From Eledone cirrhosa (taxonomy: Eukaryota), in the NCBI GenBank assembly GCA_964016885.1, contig OZ024760.1, positions 25,358,001 to 25,422,000 on the forward strand: a DNA stretch of 64,000 bases. Direction: 5' to 3'. The position numbers and the translations under genes were made by a program. Below are positions 49,683-64,000 of the stretch, one piece after another. How positions within the stretch are numbered: position 1 is the first letter of the stretch; the number at the start of each line of letters is the position of its first letter. The notes under the pieces were generated by a model, which had not been told where the DNA came from, did no database searches, and saw only the letters and a program-made list of their open reading frames with translations.

Positions 49683-49904
49683 CACCATACACTTATATAC
49701 AACAACCCAACATTCTGGAGTTTATACTTCAGAATGTTCTGGTAACAACAAAAATATGAAATGAAAAATTACGTCATCTATCTTAGTATTTCGTTAGTAC
49801 AACTGTTCTCCGTTAGATGTCACTGGTGCTGTTCGGTGCACTGTATTGCAACTGGCAACTACTATAACGAACAGTTGCAGTTGTAAGTTAGTGCATTACT
49901 TACA

Positions 49905-51501
49905 CAGTGTGTGTGTGAGAGAGAGAGAGTGAATGAGTGAGAGTGGAGAAAGTGAGTGAGTCAGAGAGAGAGAGAGAGTAAGTGAGTGAGTGAGAGAGTG
50001 AGTGTGTGTGTGTGATTGATAGAGTGAGAGTGAGAGTGGAGAGAGAGTGAATGAGTGAGAGTGGAGAGATAGAGAGATTGAGTGATAGAGGAGAGAGAGA
50101 GAGAGGATGAATGAGTGCGAGTGGAGAGAGAAAGTGAGTGAGTCAGATGGAGAGAGAGAGAGAGAGAGAGTAAGTGAGAGAGGAGTGAGTGAGTGAGTGA
50201 GTGAGTGTGTGTGAGTGATAGAGAGAGAGTGAGAGTGGAGAGAGAGAGAGTGAATGAGTGAGAGTGGAGAGATAGAGAGAGATTGAGTGATATAGGAGAG
50301 AGAGTGAATGATCGAGAGTGGAGAGATAGAGAGAGAGAGATTGAGTGATAGAGGAGAGAAAGAGTGTGAGTGAGTGTGATGGATAGAGAGAGAGAAGAGA
50401 GAGGGAGTGAAAAATGAGAGAGAGGAATGTGAGAGAGTGAGGAGAGTGTGAGGGAGTGTAAAAGTGAGGAATGAGAGTGCGAGTGAGGAGAGAGAGTGGA
50501 GAGCGAGTGAAGGAGTGAGAGGGATAGAGCGATAGATGAGAGGGAGAGAATAGAGAGAAGAGAGAGAGTGAAGGAGTGAGAGGGATAGAGCGATAGATGA
50601 GAGAGAGTGAAGGAGTGAGAGGGATAGAACGATGGATGAGAGGGAGAGAGGAGAGAGAAGAGAGAAGAGAGAGAGTGAAGGAGTGGGAGTGATAGAGCGA
50701 TAGATGAGAGGGAAAGAAGAGAGAGACTGAAGGTGTGAGAGGGAGAGAGCAATAGATGAGCGGGAGAGAGAGGAGAGAGAGAGTGAAGGAGTGAGAGGGA
50801 TAGAGCGAGAGATGAGAGGGAGAGAAGAGAGTGAAGGAGTGAGTGAGAGAAAGAGAGAGGGATAGAGAGATAGATAAGAGAGAGAGAGAGAAGGGAAACA
50901 CTTGACAGTGACCATATGTTGGTCTCTGAAGTTGTATGTTATTGTGTCACCTTAACTTCTTTATCTTTTGTCTGTCTGTCTGTCTGCATCTGTCTGTCTG
51001 TCTGTTTGTCTGTCTGCGTCTGTTTGTCTCTCTATATACATATTTATCTATCTAGATCTTTTCGTCTGTCTGTCTATCTGCATCTGTCTTTTCTGTCTCT
51101 CTATATAAATATTTATCTATCTACATCTGCATCTGTCTGTCTATCTGCATCTGTTCGTTTGTCTTTCTATCTGCATCTGTTCATTTGTCTGTCTATCTAT
51201 CTTCGTCTCTCTGTCTGCATCTGTCTATCTGTCTGTCTCTCTATATACATATTTGGCTATCTACCTCTGTTCGTCTGTCTGTCTATCTGCCTCTGTTCGT
51301 CTGTCTGTCTATCTACTTCTGTTCGTCTGTCTGTCTATCTGCCTCTGTTCGTCTGTCTGTCTATCTACTTCTGTTCGTCTGTCTGTCTATCTGCCTCTGT
51401 TCATTAGTCTATCTATCTATCTTCGCCTATATACCTGTCTGTCTACGTTTGTCTGTATGTCTATATACATATCTGTCTATCTGTATCTGTTAGCCTGTCT
51501 G

Positions 51502-51565
<64 letters not shown>
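49905..51565. repeat. GA/GAGT-rich block followed by TCTG/TCTA block
   Basis: Direct inspection. Confidence 0.9.
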
Positions 51566-52665
51566 CGGTGTTTGTCTAACTTTCTCTCCATCAGCGGGTG
51601 TTTGTCTAACTCTTTCTCTCCATCAGCCGGTGTTTGTCTAACTTTCTCTCCATCAGCCAATGTTTGTCTAACTCTTTCTCTCCATCAGCTGGTGTTTGTC
51701 TAACTTTCTCTCCATCAGCCGGTGTTTGTCTAACTCTTTCTCTATCAGCCGGTGTTTGTCTAACTATTTCTCTCCATCAGCCGGTGTTTGTCTAACTTTC
51801 TCTCCATCAGCCGGTGTTTGTCTAACTCTTTCTCTCCATCAGCCGGTGTTTGTCTAACTCTTTCTCTCTATCAGCCGATGTTTGTCTAACTCTTTCTCTC
51901 CATCAGCCGGTGTTTGTCTAACTCTTTCTTTCCATCAGCCAATGTTTGTCTAACTTTCTCTCCATCAGCCGGTGTTTGTCTAACTTTCTCTCCATCAGCC
52001 GGTGTTTGTCTAACTCTTTCTCTCCATCAGCCGATGTTTGTCTAACTCTTTCTCTCCATCAGCCGGTGTTTGTCTAACTCTTTCTTTCCATCAGCCAATG
52101 TTTGTCTAACTTTCTCTCCATCAGCCGGTGTTTGTCTAACTTTCTCTCCACCAGCCGGTGTTTGTCTAACTCTTTCTCTCCATCAGCCAATGTTTGTCTA
52201 ACTTTCTCTCCATCAGCCGGTGTTTGTCTAACTCTTTCTTTCCATCTGCCAATGTTTGTCTAACTTTCTCTCCATCAGCCGGTGTTTGTCTAACTCTTTC
52301 TTTCCATCAGCCAATGTTTGTCTAACTTTCTCTCTATCAGCCGGTGTTTGTCTAACTCTTTCTTTCCATCAGCCAATGTTTGTCTAACTCTTTCTTTCCA
52401 TCAGCCAATGTTTGTCTAACTTTCTCTCCATCAGCCGGTGTTTGTCTAACTTTCTCTCCATCAGCCAATGTTTGTCTAACTTTCTCTCCATCAGCCAATG
52501 TTTGTCTAACTTTCTCTCCATCAGCCAATGTTTGTCTAACTTTCTCTCCACCAGCCGGTGTTTGTCTAACTCTTTCTCTCTATCAGCCGGTGTTTGTCTA
52601 ACTTTCTCTCCATCAGCCAATGTTTGTCTAACTTTCTCTCCATTAGCCGGTGTTTGTCTAACTCT
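51566..52665. repeat. 30/32-bp minisatellite
   Basis: CATCAGCC(GG/AA)TGTTTGTCTAACT(CT)TTCTCTC in tandem. Confidence 0.97.
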
Positions 52666-52741
52666 CTCTCGCTCTCTCTCTCTGTCAATGTTTTTCTAAC
52701 TCTCTCTCTCTCCCCCTCTCTCTCTCTGTCAATGTTTGTCT

Positions 52742-52811
<70 letters not shown>

Positions 52812-53078
52812 TAATATTTGTCTGAGCCACTCATTAAGTTATCACAATGAAATAAAAATTTACATCCATGAAAACAGCTCCAAATATGGCAATGTTAAAC
52901 AAATATATATATACATGGTTAGGTGTTGAGGTTAAAAATTTGAGGTTTAATAAACTGTATAAAAAATATGATAGATTGAAAGGCATAGAGTCAATGGTTC
53001 AAAGAGATATTGTCATTATTGATAACAATCTTTAAATAACTATATTTACATGCATTAATATTATAATTATATCATCAT

Positions 53079-53132
<54 letters not shown>

Positions 53133-53186
53133 ATGTTTAACCCCGACGGCAGAGCTCAAGCCGTTTCGACGGGTATTTCTGGACCC

Positions 53187-53277
<91 letters not shown>

Positions 53278-53360
53278 AGGTAAACAGAAATAACAACATA
53301 ATCGGTACAGTATATGGAAGGGATAATGGGAAAATGTGTGAAATCATTGGATGTGTTAGG

Positions 53361-53513
53361 TATATTTTAAAAAAGGAAAAGAATGACTTCACTTGTAGTT
53401 CTAAACAATTTAATTTAATTTTATAATAATATTATAATTTTACAATTTGGTAAAATTAAATTAAATTGTTTAGAATTACAAGTGAAGTCTTTCTTTTCCC
53501 TTTTTTAAATATA
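53361..53513. repeat. AT-rich inverted repeat, ~60-bp arms
   Basis: GACTTCACTTGTAGTTCTAAACAATTTAATTTAATTTTA versus TAAAATTAAATTAAATTGTTTAGAATTACAAGTGAAGTC. Confidence 0.85.
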
Positions 53514-53607
53514 TATATATATATATATGCAAAACTTTTATTTAAATTGTTTAGTTTTTAAAATTGTATAGTTTTTTTAAATTGTATAGTTTCCATTTAT
53601 TAATATC

Positions 53608-53683
<76 letters not shown>

Positions 53684-53791
53684 GGGTGAAAGCAGCGATT
53701 CTTTGCTTAAACTTTAATCTGTTATTTTAATATTACAAAATGAGGTCTTTTTACAAAATGAAAAAAAGATGATGTCCTACACGAGTGAAAG

Positions 53792-54065
53792 TATAAGGAA
53801 AAAAGATGAAATCGAAAATGCAACTGGAGTCTTTTTTTTTAATATTTATTTGGTTCCTTTACCGATTTCGCAGTTCTTGTGCTTTTCAAAAGTAGAATTG
53901 AGATGGAGGGTTTGTGGTTTTTCTCAGATGTGAGAAAAACCACAAACCCTCCATCTCAATTCTACTTTTGAAAAGCACAAGAACTGCGAAATCGGTAAAG
54001 GAACCAAATAAATATTTAAAAAAAAGACTCCAGTTGCATTTTCGATTTCATCTTTTTTCCTTATA
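53792..54065. repeat. Near-perfect palindrome, ~135-bp arms, 4-nt loop
   Basis: ...GGTTTTTCTCA-GATG-TGAGAAAAACC...; the arms match almost base for base. Confidence 0.95.
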
Positions 54066-54308
54066 TATATATATATAGATATATAAAGAAGTCCGGCCGC
54101 GAGCCCTGTGTCCTTCGGTTAGGAATCTCTCCGAGTTTCTTCTGGATGCTCCAATAAAGTTTATTGAAGCAGCAAGCTTACACTGCGCATGCTCACGGTT
54201 ACACCTCTACCAAATTAATATACCCTCTTTTGTAATGCATCGATTACTACCCTCATTTATGGTCTTTACGGATTTTGCACCGCAGACTCCATATACATAC
54301 ATATATAT

Positions 54309-54383
<75 letters not shown>

Positions 54384-54536
54384 GATAAATGTGTAGGTAT
54401 GTATATTCCCTCAGATAGTTTGTAAAAATGTTACATAGATCTATATGATATACATACCAACACACACATATATATCCTAGAAACGATCGTAAAATATAAG
54501 GAACTGTTTCTTTGTTTTTATTCATTATTTTTATTA

Positions 54537-54589
<53 letters not shown>

Positions 54590-54639
54590 CATATATAATT
54601 ATATATACATACATATATAATTATATATACATATACATA

Positions 54640-55840
54640 CTACACGGACTCGGCATAACTGGAAAAGTAGGTGAGTGGCTGCATGGCTCCCTAAGGGACA
54701 GAAGCCAGGCAGTCGCAGCAAATGGGGCCCACTCGAGGGAAACACCGATAACAAGTGGGGTACCCCAGGGGACAGTCCTGGGACCACTACTGTTTTTGGT
54801 GGCTCTCTCGGACATGCCCTCTGTGGTGCATGCAACAACATCCCTCACTAGCTATGCTGATGACACTAAGGTAGCACAGGCAATCAAAAACCCGGCTGAC
54901 GCTGCCCCCTTACAGCAGGATCTGGATGCCATATACAGATGGGCGGAAGAAAACAACATGCAGTTTAATGCTGGCAAATTCCAAGCCCTACAATACAAAC
55001 ATGCAAACACAAATATAGTGGAACACAGCTACACAGGACCAGGAGGGACCGATATCCCCGTGTCAAAATCGATACGAGACCTGGGCATAGACATGAGCGA
55101 TGATGCATCTTTTTCTTCACACATCATGAAAGTGGCGACAATGTGCAGACGACTCGCTGGCTGGATCTTGAGGACTTTCCGGACAAGAGATCGAGACACC
55201 ATGTTGACACTGTGGAGGACTTTTGTCCTAAGCCGCCTGGACTACTGCTCCCAGTTGTGGTCACCCCATAGTGTCAAACTAACCACGGAGCTTGAGGCAA
55301 TCCAGCGAAGCTACACCAAGAGGATTGCCAAGATGAGGGAGACAAGCTACTGGGTGAGGCTAAAGGAACTGAACCTCTACTCCTTGGAGCGAAGACGGGA
55401 GAGATACGCAGTGATCTACATGTGGAAAATCCTGGAGGGACTAGCACCAAACTTTGGGCATTGGGAGCTGGACCAACCGTCGAACAGGACGTTACTGTGT
55501 GGTGCCAAAGGTCCCGTCTTCCACATCTAGAATAAGGAGCACGTATTGCAATAGCCTGGGTTTCAAGGGCCCTCAACTCTTCAACAGGCTGCCGAGGCAT
55601 CTGAGAGACTTGCATGACGTGGAGGTGGATGTCTTTAAGAAACATCTCGACACCTTGTTATCCAGGATCCCGGATGAGCCCATAGCAAGACACGAGGTAA
55701 ACCTAAGGGCAGCAGCAACAAACTCCCTCTTACACCAGTGGCCAACATATACAGGCTGGAGATAAAATGTGTAGCAACAAGGGCGGTGCCCCAGCATGGC
55801 CTCAGCCGGATGGCTGAAACAGGTAAAAGAGTAAGAGAGT
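54640..55840 (+). mobile_element. CR1-group LINE, 5'-truncated RT C-terminal fragment with 3' UTR and AGAGTA-type tail
   Basis: [47 protein letters not shown]. One extra G near 55457 shifts the frame relative to the copy at 15 kb. Stop at 55765. Confidence 0.92.
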
Positions 55841-55957
55841 AATATAATTATATATACATATACATACATAATTATATATATATATACATAACATATATAA
55901 TTATATATATATATACATATACATATATAATTATATATATATATACATATACATACA

Positions 55958-55995
<38 letters not shown>

Positions 55996-56001
55996 CATAC
56001 A

Positions 56002-56057
<56 letters not shown>

Positions 56058-56352
56058 CATACATACTTATATATATATATACATACATAAACGGAAAAAT
56101 GAAACGAAATTTCATTTCCCACTCTTAGTACGGCTGTTACTTAAATATAAGTATGTATACGTACATACATATATATATACAGACGTATAGTAGTATGTAT
56201 ATATATACATACATGCACATATATATATATGTACGTATGGATTCACCGAACATTTATTATAATCCTCGGTGTGTTTGTAAACAAACATCCCGTATTAAGC
56301 CGTAGTGTCTAGCAACCACCGTTGCTCGTTTGTTCAACACTGACAAAGGAAC

Positions 56353-56391
56353 GCTGTACTAGTTTCAAGCTTATTAGCTATCGTCAGCAAC
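56353..56391 (-). ncRNA. Second copy of the 26910 hammerhead
   Basis: Minus strand GTTG-CTGACGA-TAGCTAATAAGCTT-GAAA-CTAG-TA|CAGC; stem I changed on both sides but still pairs. Confidence 0.78.
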
Positions 56392-56626
56392 TTATACCTT
56401 CCTGCCAGATGATTGAACGTCCGAAATTATATACTTTCCTTATGCATATTAACGGCTTGAAACTAGTATATACATACATATATACATACATACTTATATA
56501 TAAATACATATACATACATACTCTTATATATATATACATATATATAAATGTATACATACATATACACACATACTTATGTATATATATACATATACATACA
56601 TACGTATATATAGATATATATACATA

Positions 56627-56686
<60 letters not shown>

Positions 56687-57609
56687 TACATACTTACTTA
56701 TGTGTATATATATATATATATATATACACATACATACTTACGTATATATAGATATACATACATACGTTTAGATATATATATATATGCACATACATACTTA
56801 CGTATATATTTATTTATATACACACACATACATACTTATGTATATATATATATATATATATATGGTATGGTGGGGGAGAGAGTCAGAGAAGAGATGAGTA
56901 AAGAGGTAGAGAGACAGAGAGATAACTCTCTAGCTAGATAATTAACTAGCTAACTAGATAGTAAAATAGATAGATTGAAATATTTTCAAATGTAATCACA
57001 TGGGCGCCTGCAGGAAAAAAAATATACCTTTTCTTTTTTCTTTTATGGAAATGGTACGAAAACGAGGCTGGACGATTGCATCTAAATTCAAACAACCTCC
57101 ATTTTTAATGTCGGCAGAGAGAAGAATTTTTATAGATATTTTCACTTCGTCTTGGATTAAGTTATTATCGAATTTGTTAGAGTATTCTACAATCGGATAA
57201 CTTAAGCATGCTATAAGCGTCGTATGCTTATTAAATGCATGCTCGCGGGGAAAACGAAACGGAAAATGAGAAAAAAAAAAAAACACCACTGCACATAACA
57301 CAAAACAAAAGCAAATTAAAAAAACACCTAACATAAAATAAGATACAATAAAAAGAACACATATAAACGCAGACGATAAACTTAAAAAAAAAGAATAACA
57401 ACAAGAAGAAGAAGAATTAACATGGCTACCATTCTTTATTTGATACATTAACATTTGAAACGGTTGAGATTCAAAGTACGCCCCAGCGTTTAAAATGATG
57501 GGAAGTCACATAATACAAGTGATGTTCGTATTGAAGAATAAAACTATTGACTTTACCTTGTAATAAGTCAAAGTGAGAAAGTTAAATTATTTATGTGGTT
57601 GGCTGTTTA

Positions 57610-57653
57610 TTTTTCTAAATGTTTAATTTTTCCTTTTATCTTTTGCCCACCTG

Positions 57654-57688
<35 letters not shown>

Positions 57689-57736
57689 TATGTATCAGGT
57701 GGGCAAAAGATAAAAGGAAAAATTAAACATATAGAA

Positions 57737-57740
<4 letters not shown>
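57610..57740. repeat. Inverted repeat, ~50-bp arms around a (TA)n loop
   Basis: TTTTATCTTTTGCCCACCTGATACAT / ATGTATCAGGTGGGCAAAAGATAAAA. Confidence 0.9.
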
Positions 57741-57775
<35 letters not shown>

Positions 57776-57912
57776 TATATATATGTGTATATATAATGTA
57801 TGTATATATAGAGAGAGAGAAAATAACAAAATGAAATGCTGATGTTGCATAAATCGTTTAATCATTACAATTATTTCCATGGTTCTCCATGCAATCGAGA
57901 ACTTGCATTTAG

Positions 57913-58009
<97 letters not shown>

Positions 58010-58011
<2 letters not shown>

Positions 58012-58372
58012 CACAAAGAAAGTGTGGTAAGGGACCAGGTGGTCCATAACGCACCAGAGTACTCGATACTTAGGGTAGTAGAATGGGTAATAGGACAAGA
58101 GCCAGGACCCCAACGGCTGAGCTCCGGCCGTTTCTCCGGGTTAGTTCGGATCTAGCTGTCGAAACAGCCGGGATTTAGCTATTGGGGTCCTGGTATTTCC
58201 CCCACCTCTCTCTCTATATATATATATTTATAGGAACGAGTAGGTCCCCGGCGGCTGAGCTCAAGCTGTTTCGACGGCTAATTCTGGCTTGAGCTCAGCC
58301 GTCGGGGTCCTACGCGTCCCTATTACCCACTCTACTACCAAAAGTATTGAGTACTTTGGTACGTTATGATCC
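58010..58372. mobile_element. Two adjacent family A fold-back remnants
   Basis: 58010-58205 and 58230-58372, each with an internal inversion; a further stub lies at 53140-53188. Confidence 0.65.
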
Positions 58373-58442
58373 ACTATGTATGTATATATATATGTATATG
58401 TATATATATATATATGTATATGTAGATAAATCTACCAAAAGT

Positions 58443-58577
58443 TTATTTCTGAAGACAGCATATATATGTGAAGGTATGTATATTCTCTCTGATAGTTTGT
58501 ATAATTTTGTACATAGATCTTTTGAATATGCATACCAATTCTAACACATATATGTCCTAGAAACGATCGTAAAATAA
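58443..58577 (+). ncRNA. Second copy of the long-stem-II hammerhead
   Basis: TTATTT-CTGAAGA...GAAA-CGATCG-TA|AAATAA; core intact; cut after 58571. Confidence 0.72.
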
Positions 58578-58640
58578 TGAACTTTTTTGTTTAATATAAG
58601 GAACTGTTTCTTTGTTTATTCATTATTTTTTTAATAATTT

Positions 58641-58672
<32 letters not shown>

Positions 58673-58696
58673 GTATATATATGTATATGTATATAT

Positions 58697-58728
<32 letters not shown>

Positions 58729-58742
58729 GTATATGTATATAT

Positions 58743-58790
<48 letters not shown>

Positions 58791-59381
58791 GTATATATAT
58801 GTATATATATATATGTATATATATGTATATATATGTATGTATATATATATGTATATATATGTATGTATATATATATGTATATATATATATGTATATATAT
58901 ATGTATATGTATGTATGTATATATATATATATATGTATATGTATGTATGTATATATATATATATGTATATGTATGAATGTATATATATATATATATATGT
59001 ATATGTATGAATGTATATATATATATATATATGTATATGTATGAATGTATATATATATATATATATGTATATGTATGAATGTATATATATATATGTATAT
59101 GTATGAATGTATATATATATATGTATATGTATGTATGTATATATATATATATATGTATATGTATGTATGTATATATATATATATATATGTATATGTATGT
59201 ATGTATATATATATATATATATGTATATGTATGTATGTATATATATATATATATATGTATATATATGTATATATATGTATATATATATGTATATATATGT
59301 ATATATATGTATATATATATGTATATATATGTATATATATATGTATATATATGTATATATATGTATATATACATATGTGTA

Positions 59382-59412
<31 letters not shown>

Positions 59413-59441
59413 GTATATATATATGTATGTATATATATATG

Positions 59442-59472
<31 letters not shown>

Positions 59473-59799
59473 GTATATATATATGTATATATATATATAT
59501 GTATATATATATGTATATATATATATATGTATATATATGTATATATATGTATATATATGTATATATATATATATGTATATATATGTATATATAGATATAT
59601 ATATATATGTATATATACAAGTATGTATATATATGTATATATACATATATATGTATATATATATAGATGTATATATATGTATATATACATGTATATATAT
59701 ATATGTATATATACATATATATGTGTATATATACATGTATATATATATATATGTATATATATATATGTATATATACATATATATGTGTATATATACATG

Positions 59800-59837
<38 letters not shown>

Positions 59838-59881
59838 TGTATATATATATATATATACATATATATGTGTATATATACATG

Positions 59882-59921
<40 letters not shown>

Positions 59922-59923
59922 TG

Positions 59924-59957
<34 letters not shown>

Positions 59958-59961
59958 CATG

Positions 59962-60030
<69 letters not shown>

Positions 60031-60331
60031 GTATATATATGTATATATATATATAAGTATATATATATGTATATATATATGCATATATATGTATATATAT
60101 GCATATATATGTATATATATATATATATATATATAAGTATATATATATGTATATATATATGCATATATATGTATATATATGCATATATATGTATATATAT
60201 GTATATATATATGTATATATATGTATATATATATATATGTATATATATGTATATATATATATATGCATATATATGTATATATATGTATATATATATATAT
60301 GTATATATATGTATATATATATATATGCATA

Positions 60332-60362
<31 letters not shown>

Positions 60363-60399
60363 GCATATATATGTATATATATATATATATATATGCATA

Positions 60400-60432
<33 letters not shown>

Positions 60433-60513
60433 GCATATATATGTATATATATATATATATATGCATATATATGTATATATATATATATATATGCATATAT
60501 ATGTATATATATG

Positions 60514-60562
<49 letters not shown>

Positions 60563-60904
60563 GTATATATATGTATATATATGTATATATATGTATATAT
60601 ATATATATATGTATATATATGTATATATATGTATATATATATATATGTATATATATGTATATATATGTATATGTATATATATGTATATGTATATATATGT
60701 ATATATATGTATATATATGTATATGTATATATATGTATATACATGTATATATATGTATATATATGTATATGTATATCTGTTATTTTAATAAATATTTGCT
60801 CTATGGTTCTTATATATTTGATATATATATTATCCTTATCGAGCCCTATTTGGATTGTAGTCTTCAAATTTATTATTATTACTATATGTATATATATATA
60901 TTTC

Positions 60905-63836
60905 GTTTCTGAATTTAACAACGATAACACACACGGATACAACAATAACAACAACAGAAACATCAACAACAATAGCAACATACCCAGATACAACAACAAC
61001 AGACACGCAGACACAAACAACAATAACAACACACACAACAACGATAACACACACACACACGGAGACAACAACAAAACACATCAACAACAACACACATCAA
61101 CAACAACAACACACACGCATTCAATGCCTCTCACCACCACCACAATCTTAACAAACACACAGACACAGAAAACAAGTAATGACAGTAGCACAGAAATCAG
61201 AGAAATAAGAGAAAGTAATAGGATTAAAAAGAAAAGGAGATGGGAGACTAAGGACAAAGAGAATAACCAAGACGAACACACAGACACACAAAATATGGTA
61301 GATAACAACATTGAGCCAGTGGAAAGAGACAGGAGTAATTATGAGAGACATAGAAACAACCATGAAGCTGAGGCGGCTGGTGGAAATAGAAATAGAAATA
61401 ACACAACTAACAATAATAATAGCACTAGTACACATAAAGCAGCAGCCTGGAACTCTCCGTTTTATAACCCCTCCGATAAATCATTCGACCTACGACGAGT
61501 CCACGCCACGACTTTGCCATTTAACAAACGCACGCAGTTGCCGTCGCAGGTCGATGAACAAACAGAAGCACAATTTAGTATAGCTAAATCCGAACTTAGA
61601 AATATTATAGAACAGTATAGCAAGAAGCATAATAGAATAGAGGCCCAGCAACTGGGAGAAGAATCTGCAAATGGCTTGCGTAAGCTCATGCAGCGCTCGC
61701 GTAATGGAGAGATAGCATGTTTTCCAACAGACAAGTCTGGCAGAATGTCGGTTGACAGCCTGCCAAACTACATCCAGGCAATGCAACCCCACATCACTAA
61801 CACAAGAGAGGTAACACCACAGGAGCATGAGGATAGAGAAAAAGCCCTCAATGCCCATATGGTGATGTGGACAAATATAATGCAGCCCAACAAAAGGACT
61901 GCCAACAACTTCCAGGCCTGGAACAATGACGTGCCGGCGTTGTATGGGCTTCGAAAAGACCATAAAACGGGCTGGGACCCTGTCACGGGACCACCAACAC
62001 GACCAGTCTGTGGGGCTAACATTGCTAGTAACTACAGACTGTCCTACTTCCTCTCCCTGATCATACGCCCCATCATTGAGATGTCCCCAGATGTGTGTGA
62101 CAGCACGGAGGACCTCCTCAGCAGAATCGGCGCGGGTAACCGATCTGGGGACCTAACAAACTGCATAATAGGCAGTATGGATGTTGTGACCCTGTACCCA
62201 TCTATTGACGTGGATTTTGCTGTGGAGAAATGCGTAGAAATGATCAGCGAGAGCAAGGTTGAGTTCCGTGGGATTGATACCAGTGAGCTGGGACTTCTAC
62301 TTAAGCTTACCCATAGTAATAGTTACCTAGACACATATGACCTTAGCAACCTGTGCCCTACAAGACCAGCAAGAGGCAGACCACCTACCATTACCTCAAT
62401 GGCCAAGAAAACCCACACAGATAGATGGAACGGGTGGACCAGAGCCATACGGACACCCGAAAACCACGATGAACTGAAGAAAATGATTGCACATGCGGTA
62501 GGGGCCAGCATAAAATTAACCCTTAAGGAACATATGTTCAAATTTAATGGTAAAACATATGCCCAAGAGGAAGGAGCAGCCATTGGTGTTAGCATTGCAG
62601 GCGACATAGATATATATTCATGGTATGGTGGGACAGTAGACTTAAACAAAAACTTAATGAACAATTAGAAGACAGCTTAACCCTGATAATGTACTCCCGC
62701 TACGTAGATGATATAAACATCGTAGTTAAGACACCCCCACTAAAGAACAGTCAGGAACTAGAGAAAAACACAATGGAAAGCATCCAGCAAATAGCAAACT
62801 CCATCCACCAGAGCATTAGAGTTACTATAGACTACCCAAGTAGACATCCCAACCATCTATTACCTGTACTAGACACAGAGCTCTGGTTAGATACCATTAA
62901 CAACCAAAAACAAATCCTCCATTCCCATTATGCCAAACCCATGACTTCCAAACATCTGATCCACCGAAACTCGGCCATTTCGGACCATACCAAAATCAAC
63001 ATACTGATTGCGGATTTGGTACGGGTGACGAGAAACGTGTCTCGCATGTGCAACCCCAAAGAACTAAACTAGAGAGACACATACAACACTTCATCCACCG
63101 TATGCAGTTCTCTGGTTACAACCAGAGAGATAAAATCAGAGTATATAGAGGAGCCAGAACCAAATGGGAAAAAATGGTAAATAATGACATAAATGGGACC
63201 TGCCCCTTGTATAGGAGCAAATTTTGGAATAGAATAGAAAGAACTAGGAACAAGGCCAATAGAATAAACTCATGGTATGATAGCAATAAATACCAGAGTG
63301 TAATGTTCATCAATACAACCCCTAGAGGCGAACTAGCCTACAAATTTAGAAGGGCCCTAAATAAACATAATCTCAATATTAAGATAGTAGAAAGACCTGG
63401 TACCTCCGTAAAAACACTTATTAGCAAGACATACCCGTTCCAAAGACCCTCATGTATAGATAAGAAATGTATAACCTGTAAAATAAGCCCCCATATTAAC
63501 TGTAAAACTAGAAATGTAGTGTATAGCATAAGATGTACTGAAGGACAATGTAGAAACAAAAATATAGTGTACATAGGTGAGACAGCTCGTAGTATAGGGG
63601 AACGAATAAATGAACACTGGCGAGACCTCCAAGATAATAAAGAATCATCTGTGCTCTACCAACATGCTAAGATAGAACACAGGGGTAGATTAGAGAGCAT
63701 AGAAATAAAAATAGAATCCACGCACAGAAAAGACGCAATGTTTAGGCAAATTACAGAGGCAGTAAGCATAAAAGAATTAAAACCAAAATTAAATAGAAAA
63801 TATGAGTGGAACAGCAACATCACAACTTACAATTAA
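60905..63836 (+). pseudogene. PLE RT-endonuclease ORF broken by two frameshifts (~62610 and ~63066); true start uncertain
   Basis: Three overlapping ORFs (to 62668, 62620-63072, 63048-63836) join into one RT-EN protein. The ORF-track start at 60179 lies in microsatellite and is not real. Confidence 0.9.
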
Positions 63837-64000
63837 GGACAAAATGAAAACACACACACACATAGAACAAACAACTTACAATTGAAAACACACACAAAAT
63901 GAAAACACACACAGGACAAAATGAAAACACACACACACATAGAACAAACAACCAACCAACAATAAATAAATAAACAAATAGAAAAATGAACACAAACACA
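60905..64000 (+). mobile_element. Penelope-like retroelement (PLE) with RT and C-terminal GIY-YIG endonuclease, Cys-rich linker (Neptune/Nematis-like); 3' terminus runs off the window
   Basis: RT motifs [56 protein letters not shown]. Linker CIDKKCITC-x7-C. GIY-YIG motifs NVVYSIRC, VYIGETARSIGERINEH, RQITEAVSI, PKLN. An A/C-rich tail follows the stop at 63836. Confidence 0.95.

Noticed and set aside
56996-57454. Unique-looking CpG-containing stretch with a 152-aa minus ORF and a possible AAG/GTATAT donor
   Set aside because: No recognisable motif, weak acceptor and a low-complexity N-terminal half; needs RNA-seq or BLASTX.
62600-63075. Programmed ribosomal frameshifting in the PLE ORF
   Set aside because: No slippery heptamer; both shifts are explained by a 1-bp deletion and a 5-bp duplication.

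Overview
Repeat-saturated eukaryotic DNA. The SINE and microsatellite content suggests a mollusc, probably an octopod cephalopod (inference). I find no credible host protein-coding exon. Roughly a third of the window is degenerate (TA)n/(TATG)n microsatellite, and nearly all long ORFs in the track are translation artefacts of simple repeats. The real content is mostly retroelements: a near-complete Penelope-like element (PLE; RT plus C-terminal GIY-YIG, two frameshifts) at ~60.9-64 kb, 3' fragments of CR1-, RTE- and Tx1/L1-type LINEs, and tRNA-derived SINEs. There are also Tc1/mariner-type MITEs, several minisatellites and a 200-N gap. The most interesting signal lies in the short unique-looking islands between (TA)n arrays. 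Many are fold-back remnants resembling PLE termini. At least six carry recognisable minimal type I hammerhead ribozyme motifs from four unrelated families, with palindromic or near-palindromic stem III loops; some have unusually long stem II. Two same-strand hammerheads with identical stem I could excise a 591-nt RNA able to circularise. The Tx1 family appears to insert specifically at (GATA)n. All structures were folded by eye and no searches were run.
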